Part shown: positions 1 to 6,827 of the stretch, piece by piece
How the letters are laid out: each line of letters starts with the position of its first letter
How positions within the stretch are numbered: position 1 is the stretch's first letter
Source of the DNA: an uncultured Gammaproteobacteria bacterium
GTDB taxonomy: Bacteria; Patescibacteriota; Patescibacteriia; UBA2591; UBA6264
Assembly (NCBI GenBank): GCA_964507075.1
Contig: CAZDOL010000010.1
Location: 1-8,584 of the forward strand
Reading direction: 5' to 3'
DNA length: 8,584 nucleotides
The notes under the pieces: generated by a model
Told to the model about the DNA's origin: nothing
What the model saw: the letters and a program-made list of their open reading frames with translations, nothing else
Database searches by the model: none
Translations under genes and position numbers: made by a program

Positions 1-61
1 TTCTGAACCCAGCTCGCGTACCGCTTTAATTGGCGAACAGCCAAACCCTTGGGAGTTGCTT

Positions 62-95
<34 letters not shown>

Positions 96-328
96 TCGAA
101 CTTCGCCGTCGATATGAACTCTCAGGCGAAACTAACCTGTTATCCCCAGAGTAGCTTTTATCCGTTAATCTTCTCCGCTCCTATAAGCAAGAGTCGGTTC
201 ACTAAGTCCGAGTTTCCTCTCGGCGCGACTTGTAAGTCTTGCCGTCAAGCTGACTTGTGCCTTTACACGTCCAGCGCGATTTCCATCCGCGCTAAGTCAA
301 CCTTTAAACGCCTCCGTTACCTTTTGGG

Positions 329-1304
329 CATTTGTGTTAATCTAATCCTTTAAGTTTATAGTCCATAGAAGGGATAATAAATTCTTTAATCAAATTATAA
401 AATTTATTTGCTGATTCAGCTAATATCATAATTTGATATCCTTCTTTCTGCTTCCTTAATTTGCAACTTAAGTCAAATTTCGTCTGCAAAATTAGGATTA
501 ACCTTCTAATTTCCTTAACTGAAAAACATTGAGTATTAAGAATTCTAGCTCTATGATTCTTAGATTTAATTGAACCATCATCCATAAACCAAATGGCCAA
601 AGATAATGGAGTCAACCACTTATGAATCAACTTAGGAATAACTTTTTTATCCTGAGGATAAAATTGATGAGCGTAGAATCTGAAAGAACTATGACTTAAG
701 GTGTTAAACCAATATTTTTCATATGCCTTTCCATTAAATGTCTGCTTTTTAATTTGAGGCTTGGTTAAAACCCAGTCTTTAAATTCTTGATAACACCAAT
801 CAACATATTCTTTCTGTTTGAAAGAATGTTCTATCTTTAAACGATATGTCTTACCGTCATTAGATGTTTCTAGGTGTCCATCTCCTAACAACTTGCCGAT
901 AATAATCTGGCGTTGTTTAGATGTTAATTTCAATGTTTTCTTAATATTTTCAATTTTATTTGAATACATATATTTTTTGATTAGGTCTTGAGTTTATTTA
1001 AGGGCGAAATCTTAAATTTTTCCCTGATTTAAGGGTAACCCAAGTCTTTCAGTTCCCTGAAAGATCAGACTATATCATATTCCTACAAAGTGCAGGAATC
1101 TGGCGTGTAGTCGTTGAGGGGTCGTCTTTGTGACGACTTCCCTGCTGATTGCCTATCGAATCTCTATGATTCTTTTTAATAAATTTTACCATTAAGGTTT
1201 ATTAAAATTAAATAGGGTTTCCAGCATATAGCCAGTTTGCTTTTGACTTTTCAGTCAAAAGGCCCCTGAATCACAATAAAAAACGGAGAAATTGTGATCA
1301 GTTG
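329..1304 (-). mobile_element. Group I intron in 23S domain V (E. coli-equivalent site ~2262), 976 nt, carrying a LAGLIDADG ORF in its 3' portion
   Basis: Removing it restores contiguous 23S sequence GGCGGATGCCT|CCCAAAAGGTAACGGAGG at the same length as E. coli. The upstream exon ends in U (1305) and the intron ends in G (329). Minus-strand core elements match the classical group I consensus: P GGCTATATGCTGGAAAC (1217-1233), Q CAATCAGCAGG (1141-1151), R CAACGACTACACGCCAGA (1099-1116), S GATATAGTC (1068-1076). There is a P2-like hairpin CTTTTGACT-GAAA-AGTCAAAAG (1240-1261) and a P9-like hairpin TCTTTCAG-GGAA-CTGAAAGA (1045-1064), both with GNRA loops. The one-C boundary ambiguity (1304/328) does not change the spliced product. 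Confidence 0.88.
337..969 (-). CDS. LAGLIDADG homing endonuclease, double-motif (monomeric, I-SceI/LAGLIDADG_2-like), intron-encoded
   Basis: The 210-aa ORF lies entirely inside the intron. It has two LAGLIDADG motifs, IIIGKLLGDGHLE and LSLAIWFMDDGS, and a C-terminal IPSMDYKL typical of organellar/bacterial rRNA-intron endonucleases. It uses an ATG start with no obvious SD. The TAA stop is 8 nt before the 3' splice site. Confidence 0.9.
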   Translation of the reverse strand: MYSNKIENIKKTLKLTSKQRQIIIGKLLGDGHLETSNDGKTYRLKIEHSFKQKEYVDWCYQEFKDWVLTKPQIKKQTFNGKAYEKYWFNTLSHSSFRFYAHQFYPQDKKVIPKLIHKWLTPLSLAIWFMDDGSIKSKNHRARILNTQCFSVKEIRRLILILQTKFDLSCKLRKQKEGYQIMILAESANKFYNLIKEFIIPSMDYKLKGLD

Positions 1305-1607
1305 AGGCATCCGCCCCAGACAAACTAACCACCAGATACTGTCTCCCCCCCAAAGGGGGATTAAGGATCAAAAATATATAAGGGTGGTATCTCACTGGTG
1401 CTCCGAAGAGCTCCCACCTATTACTGAACAGATATACCCCTAATCCAATATCAAGCTTTAGTAAAGCTTCATGGGGTCTTTTCGTCTAACTGTGCGTAGA
1501 GCGCATCTTCACGCCCATTGCAATTTCATCGAGTCCCTCGTTGAGACAGTTGCCAAGTCGTTATGCCATTCATGCAGGTCGTAACTTACACGACAAGGAA
1601 TTTCGTT

Positions 1608-2352
1608 CAGTTTTGTTACTCTCCTAATTTTAGGAGGGATTAGTCATTTCTGCTAATCTCTTCGGCTCTCACCGAAGCTCGGACTATATCTTCCGAATAC
1701 ATAATGTTTTATGTATCTCGGTCTAGCGTATAGTCTCTGAGGATGACAAAAATTTGGCTGGCTTTTTTCGATTCATTGTTTCAATGATTCTCGCAATTCT
1801 TTCACAACCTTGTTGACTTAAATGTTTTCCTGAACGCATTATTCTTACAATTTTTGCGAATTTCCTGAAGTCATTGATTTTCGCTGTTTTTAATTGATTC
1901 TGCCGAAAAAATGGAATAATTTTATTTTCTAAATCATCCAATTTTCTCACACAGTATCGGTATAAATCTTCTCTGTGATTACCATACTTACGATTGATAT
2001 AAACCTTTCCACATTGGAAAAATTTTTCTAATTTCTTTAATACCTTTACACTCTTAGCTCCCTGAGCAACAATAAATTCTGGAAATATTTGCCAACCGGA
2101 ACTGGTAGTAGGATTTCTAAAGATGCTTACGGAAAAACATCCTTCACCATCAATGAAACCTACGATCCAACCGATTAATTTTTGCCTTTCCTGCTGATTA
2201 TCTGCAACAAATGTTTTTTTACTGTACATATAATTACCTCTATCATTAATTATCTATGGGGTAACTATACCATAGTAACATTTGTTTTGCAACTATTAAA
2301 AGTACAGACGTTCCAGCATATAGCTAGATTTTACTAAGGCAAGAAAAATCCA
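1608..2352 (-). mobile_element. Group I intron at 23S site L1931 (between U1931 and A1932, E. coli numbering), 745 nt, carrying a LAGLIDADG ORF
   Basis: Removal restores CCGTCCTAAGGT|AACGAAATTCCTTGTCG (E. coli CCTAAGGTAGCGAAATTCCTTGTCG), with U at 2353 and omega-G at 1608. The internal guide GCCTTAG (2334-2340) is complementary to exon CTAAGGT, including the terminal U.G wobble (P1). Core elements are P CTATATGCTGGAA (2311-2324), Q AATCAGCAGG (2190-2199), R TCAGAGACTATACG (1727-1740) and S GATATAGTCC (1681-1690). A P8-like hairpin lies between R and S. Confidence 0.9.
1723..2229 (-). CDS. LAGLIDADG homing endonuclease, single-motif (homodimeric I-CreI/I-CpaI-like, LAGLIDADG_1), intron-encoded
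   Basis: This 168-aa ORF has one LAGLIDADG motif, LIGWIVGFIDGEGCFSV. Its size and downstream pattern (IIPFF..., KHLSQQG, MNRKK) are typical of single-motif family members. An SD-like AGAGGT lies 7 nt upstream of the ATG. The TAG stop falls inside the ribozyme R element. Confidence 0.9.
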   Translation of the reverse strand: MYSKKTFVADNQQERQKLIGWIVGFIDGEGCFSVSIFRNPTTSSGWQIFPEFIVAQGAKSVKVLKKLEKFFQCGKVYINRKYGNHREDLYRYCVRKLDDLENKIIPFFRQNQLKTAKINDFRKFAKIVRIMRSGKHLSQQGCERIARIIETMNRKKPAKFLSSSETIR

Positions 2353-2366
2353 ACCTTAGGACGGTT
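2353..2366 (-). rRNA. rrl: 14-nt 23S micro-exon (AACCGTCCTAAGGT = E. coli 1918-1931, 3' strand of helix 69) between two group I introns
   Basis: This is the only stretch between the omega-G of the L1917 intron (2367) and the first nt of the L1931 intron (2352). Its sequence matches E. coli AACGGUCCUAAGGU except for G1921C. That change is compensated by C1909G in the opposite helix-69 strand (GGCGG/CCGUC). Confidence 0.85.
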
Positions 2367-2691
2367 CTTTCATGTTAACTCCGTTAAATAAAATTAACGG
2401 AACCTAATCGCAAATAGACACTAAATATCTAATACAATTAGCTCATAATCGCTTATGAGAGCGGACTATATCATCTCCAAAACTATATTGGAGTCTGGCG
2501 TGTAGTCTCTGAGGATTCTCCATTTTACAGGAGTCTTTCCTGCTGATTGACCGCAGTCTGACATTTTCACTGCGGTGATTAGTCTATTCTTATATAAGAC
2601 TAATACCGCGAGTAGTCAAGACATACAACGGTGTTTCCAGCATATAGCCAAATTTATTTAAGTAACTACAACCTATAACCGTTAAATCATT
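2367..2691 (-). mobile_element. Group I intron at 23S site L1917 (after U1917, helix 69 loop), 325 nt, ORF-less
   Basis: Removal restores GGCGGTAACTAT|AACCGTCCTAAGGT, with U at 2692 and omega-G at 2367. P1 forms between guide GTAGTTAC (2662-2669) and exon GTAACTAT (2692-2699), with a terminal U.G. P10 forms between ACGGTT (2677-2682) and the 3' exon AACCGT (2361-2366). Core elements are P GGCTATATGCTGGAAAC (2633-2649), Q CAATCAGCAGG (2539-2549), R TCAGAGACTACACGCCAGA (2494-2512) and S GATATAGTC (2464-2472). The P8 hairpin is CTCCAA-TATAGT-TTGGAG. No ORF of meaningful length is present. Confidence 0.9.
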
Positions 2692-3588
2692 ATAGTTACC
2701 GCCGGCGTTCATCAGCGCTTGGATTCAAAGCTCGATCAATACCGAAGTATCAACTTCACCTCTCCTCTTAACGTTCTGACACTGGCCAGGCATCAGCCCC
2801 TATATATCACCTTACGGTTTGAGCAGGGACCTATGTTTTTGTTAAACAGTCGCTTGGCGTACTTTAGCTGCGCCCCCTCTGTCCGAAAACAGAGAGAGAG
2901 TCCTTATTCCGAAGTTTCGGACGCTTTTTTGCCGAGTTCCTAAACGAGGGTTCTCTCGTCCACCTGAGGATACTCTCCTCACCCACCTGTGTCGGTTTGC
3001 GGTACGGATAATATTAGCTTAGCCCTAGAAACTTTTCTTGGCTTCCACTCCCTTCAAATCTCCCCTTGCGAGAATTTTATTCGTAGCAGGCATTACATCT
3101 TCCGGATTTGCCTAGAAGACCCGCCCAACTACTTAAACGCGTATAGCCAGAACACGCTCAAAGCTTACAGAAGCGTCATTCCATCAGATGCTAATATTAG
3201 AGACGGAATATTAACCGTCTGTCCATTATCTTTACCCTTCGGCAAAGACTTAGGGCCGCCTAACCCTGGGTTGACAATCAGTGCCCAGGAAACCTTGGGT
3301 TTGCGGTGGTTCGGATTCTCACCGAACTTTTTACTACTTATGCCAACATTCTCTCTTCTTTGCGCTCCACCAGACCTTACAGTCTGACTTCACCGCACAA
3401 AGAATGCTCCCCTACCACGCCGATGCAAAACATCGACGTTCTCATCTTCGGTATTGAATTTAGCCCCGGTACATTTTCGGCGCAAGACAACTTGATCAGT
3501 GAGCTGTTACGCTTTCTTTAAAGGATGGCTGCTTCTAAGCCAACCTCCTGATTGTCCAAGTCATTTCACTACCTTTTACACTTAATCC

Positions 3589-3620
3589 TCAGCCAATAAA
3601 GGCTGATCCGTCTGAGACGG
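3589..3620 (-). other. Small 23S expansion (two mini-hairpins) absent from E. coli
   Basis: About 32 extra nt sit between GGTCCCTAAATTTT and GGATTAAGTG relative to E. coli GGUCCCAAAGUCAUGGUUAAGUG. They fold as CCGTC-TCA-GACGG (3608-3620) and TCAGCC-TTTATT-GGCTGA (3589-3606). Confidence 0.5.
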
Positions 3621-4164
3621 AAAATTTAGGGACCTTAGATTGAGATCTGGGCTGTTTCCCTTTCGACTGATGGAGCTTAGCCCCCATAGTCTGACTCCGC
3701 TCTATTTTGGCTCTGGTATTCGGAGTTTGATTGAATGAGGTAGGATTACTCCACCCTCACTCATCCAGTAGCTCTACCCCCAGAGAGTAAAGAACGGGCT
3801 AGCCCTAAAGCTATTTCGGGGAGAACCAGCTATCACTGAGTTCGATTGGCTTTTTACCCCTATCCACAGCTCATCCCATGATGTTGTACGGTCAACGGGT
3901 TCGGGCCTCCTCTGTCAATTAAGACAGACTCACCCTGGCCATGGATAGCTCACTCAGTTTCGGGTCTTTCCCATCATATTGATAATTCGCACTTTTAATA
4001 CTCGCTTTCGCTTCGGCTTCGTCTATATTTAGACTTAACCAAACATGATAAGAAAACTCGTTGGCTCATTCTTCAATAGGAACGCCATCACCCTTCGACA
4101 AGCTCAGGGCTCTGACTCTTTGTTAGCATATGGTTTCAGGTACTTTTCATCGCCCTAACCGGGC

Positions 4165-4203
<39 letters not shown>

Positions 4204-4420
4204 ATCACCAAAAGTATTTAGTCTTAGGCGATAGTCCGCCTTGATTCATGCCAAATTTCACGGGTTTGGCATTACTCGGGTATAATTAACTATTAAAATT
4301 TAAATTTTTTTAATTTACGGGACTTTCACCCCCTATGGTTAGCAATTCCATGCTATTGAACTAAAAATTTAAACCCTAACTTTGCTCAGTAAAAAACAAA
4401 ACATTAACTACCCCACAACA

Positions 4421-4509
4421 CTTTATAGAATATTTTAGCTTTACTACCTTTCATTAAATAAAAGAAATATCCGAAGATAAGACTCCTATAAAATTTAGAT
4501 TCTATAAAG
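4421..4509 (-). other. AT-rich ~89-nt structured expansion segment (or IVS) in 23S domain I
   Basis: It is closed by a perfect 11-bp inverted repeat, CTTTATAGAAT (4421-4431) / ATTCTATAAAG (4499-4509). On the minus strand it is capped by TATC-TTCG-GATA (UUCG tetraloop, ~4468-4479). E. coli has only ~30 nt across the wider interval (~4380-4515), whereas this sequence has ~160 nt. Confidence 0.5.
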
Positions 4510-4934
4510 TTTAGACTGTTTCCCTTTCGCTCGCCGCTACTAAGGAAATCGCAGATAAAATTAAAATTTTATCATTTCGCTCTCTTTTCCTCCGGGTACT
4601 GAGATGTTTCACTTCCCCGGGTACCCCACTTAATTTGCATTAAGTTAATTCGTCTTCAACGAATTGGGTTTCCCCATTCGGAAATCCTCGGATCAAAGGT
4701 TGCTTGCCACCTTCCCGAGGCTTATCGCAGGCTGCTACGTCCTTCATCGGCTTTTGGTGTCTAGGCATCCACCATATGCACTAATTAATTCTCTAATTCA
4801 TCATTTAATTCATAATATAATATAAATTAAATAATATTTTGTTGGCGTGTGTTCACCCCATTAAATATACTCAAAACGAGATTACCTAATAAGGTTAAGA
4901 TGCTCTATACTAACTTATTTAATTTTCAAAGAAC

Positions 4935-4962
4935 AATTAAAAAAACCGCCTAGTCAGCGGTT
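4935..4962 (-). terminator. Rho-independent terminator candidate downstream of pyrG
   Basis: The minus strand reads AACCGC-TGACTAG-GCGGTT followed by TTTTTAATT. This gives a 6-bp stem (4 GC), a 7-nt loop and an effective U7 tract. It lies ~185 nt after the pyrG stop and ~140 nt before the 23S 5' end. Confidence 0.5.
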
Positions 4963-5145
4963 GAGCTTTGGTTTTATAATAACCAAAAAAATTAACCGTC
5001 CGACTGAATGGGAATATGTTTAATAGTTTTTACTAAAATAAACATTTCAAAAATAATTTTTAGAGATTAAATTATTTTATTTTTGCACAGTGATAATTTA
5101 ACCTCAGGTTTTTTTAATTAGTTTTATTATAAACGAAAACCTTAA

Positions 5146-6783
5146 TTAGTCAATTGTGGATAAGTCCTGGGAATTTGAAAGACAAGCTTTAATGAAAGCT
5201 ACAAATAAAGGATGTGGATTCATAAATCTAGATTTATATTCAGGATGAAATTGGGTAGCTATAAAAAAAGGATGCCCTGGAATCTCAATAATCTCCACCA
5301 GTTTATTATCTGGAGAAAAACCGCTAATTACCAAACCTTTCTTTTCCATAATCTCCCTATATTCATTATTAAATTCGTAACGATGACGATGTCTTTCAAA
5401 AATTTCGCTTTTTTTGTAAATTTTAGCTGCCCTACTATTCTTCTTTAAACAACAAGGATAAGCGCCCAACCTAATAGTGCCTCCATATTGCTTGTTAGCA
5501 ATCATTTCCTTTTGGTTCGGCATAAGATGAATAACGTGATATTTGGAACGGGAATTAATTTCTTCTGACGTGGCTTCTTTTAATTGGCAAACGTTCCTGG
5601 CAAATTCAATTACCGCCATCTGCATACCGTAACAAAGACCAAAACAAGGTTTTCTCTTTTCTCGGCAATATTTAATAGTTTTAATCATTCCCTCAGACCC
5701 CCTTTTTCCCCAGCCTTGAGTAATAATCAGCCCTGCCATCTTTTTTAAATCTTTTGTTCCATACTTCTCTACGTCTCGGCTATTTATCCAATGAAAAACG
5801 GGACGACAATTATTAATCCAGCAACCATGTTTAACTGCTTCAATTACTGAAATGTAGGAATCAGCTAAAGTGAATTTTCCAGTTTTAAAATATTTGCCAA
5901 TTATTCCAATATGAAGCGTATGACGGGCTTTATTAATAATCCTTGATGCCCTAGACCAATCATGGAGATTAGTTTTGCGAATGGGTAGTTTTAACTTTTT
6001 TAAAATTTTCTTACCCAACTTATCATCCTCAAAATTCAGAGGAATATCATAAATAGATTCTACATCGGGAGCAGAAATAACATCAGTTTCACTGATGTTG
6101 CAAAAAATAGAAATTTTTCCTTTGCGGACATCATCTAAGGGACTAGATGACCTGGCCAGAATAAAATCAGGCTGAATGCCAGCTGAATTCAATGTACGAA
6201 CAGCATACTGAGTCGGTTTGGTTTTCATCTCGCCAATCTTAGCGGGAACAGGTAAATAACTAAGCATAACAAAAAGAACATGATGGGAATTTTCTAGTTT
6301 CATCATTCTAGCTGCTTCTAAAAATATAGCATTTTGATATTCTCCGATTGTTCCCCCAACTTCTATCAATACTATTTCAGCCTTAGCTTTGTGGCCTGCC
6401 TTTTTAATGCGACCAATAACTTCGTTGGGAATATCTGGAATAACCTCTACGCATCGGCCATTATAATCCAAGTTCCTTTCTTTTTGAATAACTGCATTGT
6501 AAACACTTCCAGTGGTCATATAATTTAAACTGGAAATATTTTGGTTTAAAAATCTCTCATAGTTTCCTATATCTTGATCTGTTTCTAATCCATCTTCTGT
6601 AACAAAAACTTCACCATGCTCTATTGGGTTCATGGTGCCAGCATCAACATTAATATATGGATCAATTTTAATTGCTGTAATGCGATAACCCTTACTCTGT
6701 AAAATTTTACCAATGGAAGCCGTAGCAATACCCTTACCTAAGCCCGACATTACGCCTCCAGTTATAAAAATGTATTTTGTCAT
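5146..6783 (-). CDS. pyrG: CTP synthase (glutamine-hydrolysing)
   Basis: The protein shows full-length family hallmarks. The N-terminus is MTKYIFITGGVMSGLGKG, followed by DPYINVDAGTMNPIEHGEVFVTEDGLETDQDIGNYERF. The amidotransferase motifs GLCYGMQ (nucleophile Cys) and ATQFHPEYKS (His/Glu) are present. I place the start at ATG 6783, matching the conserved MTKYIF N-terminus, rather than the TTG at 6795 used by the ORF track. The stop is TAA. Confidence 0.95.
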   Translation of the reverse strand: MTKYIFITGGVMSGLGKGIATASIGKILQSKGYRITAIKIDPYINVDAGTMNPIEHGEVFVTEDGLETDQDIGNYERFLNQNISSLNYMTTGSVYNAVIQKERNLDYNGRCVEVIPDIPNEVIGRIKKAGHKAKAEIVLIEVGGTIGEYQNAIFLEAARMMKLENSHHVLFVMLSYLPVPAKIGEMKTKPTQYAVRTLNSAGIQPDFILARSSSPLDDVRKGKISIFCNISETDVISAPDVESIYDIPLNFEDDKLGKKILKKLKLPIRKTNLHDWSRASRIINKARHTLHIGIIGKYFKTGKFTLADSYISVIEAVKHGCWINNCRPVFHWINSRDVEKYGTKDLKKMAGLIITQGWGKRGSEGMIKTIKYCREKRKPCFGLCYGMQMAVIEFARNVCQLKEATSEEINSRSKYHVIHLMPNQKEMIANKQYGGTIRLGAYPCCLKKNSRAAKIYKKSEIFERHRHRYEFNNEYREIMEKKGLVISGFSPDNKLVEIIEIPGHPFFIATQFHPEYKSRFMNPHPLFVAFIKACLSNSQDLSTID

Positions 6784-6827
6784 AAACGCAATCAATTAAT
6801 TATTAAAAAAGAAATAAGAAACAAATT

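Noticed and set aside
1068-2649. The three introns as recent duplicates of one another (shared blocks GGCTATATGCTGGAA, AATCAGCAGG, GACTAYACGC, GATATAGTC)
   Set aside because: Identity is confined to the universally conserved catalytic core. The peripheral helices (P2, P5, P6, P8, P9) differ completely in sequence, although some pairing is compensatory. This shows shared subgroup membership, not a recent intragenic copy event.
2719-3521. Three plus-strand ORFs (2719-2943, 2989-3387, 3306-3521)
   Set aside because: All lie antisense to contiguous, conserved 23S exon 1. They overlap each other and have low-complexity, Ser/Pro/Leu-rich translations typical of rRNA shadows.
4901-4936. 23S promoter (TTGTTC-18 nt-TAGTAT, or TTGAAA with poorly spaced TATAGA)
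   Set aside because: Several mutually exclusive weak matches overlap the terminator U-tract, and none is convincing by eye. I have left it as an open question rather than a feature.
5098-5117. Plus-strand hairpin AACC-TCA-GGTT followed by T7 as a terminator
   Set aside because: It has only a 4-bp stem with a 3-nt loop, and no plus-strand gene reads into it. It is most likely a chance feature of AT-rich DNA.
4796-5145. tRNA, 5S or small RNA gene in the pyrG-23S spacer
   Set aside because: There is no GC-rich acceptor/T-arm pattern (no GTTCRA-type T-loop) and no 5S-like sequence. The region is almost uniformly AT-rich apart from the terminator hairpin and one short GC island.
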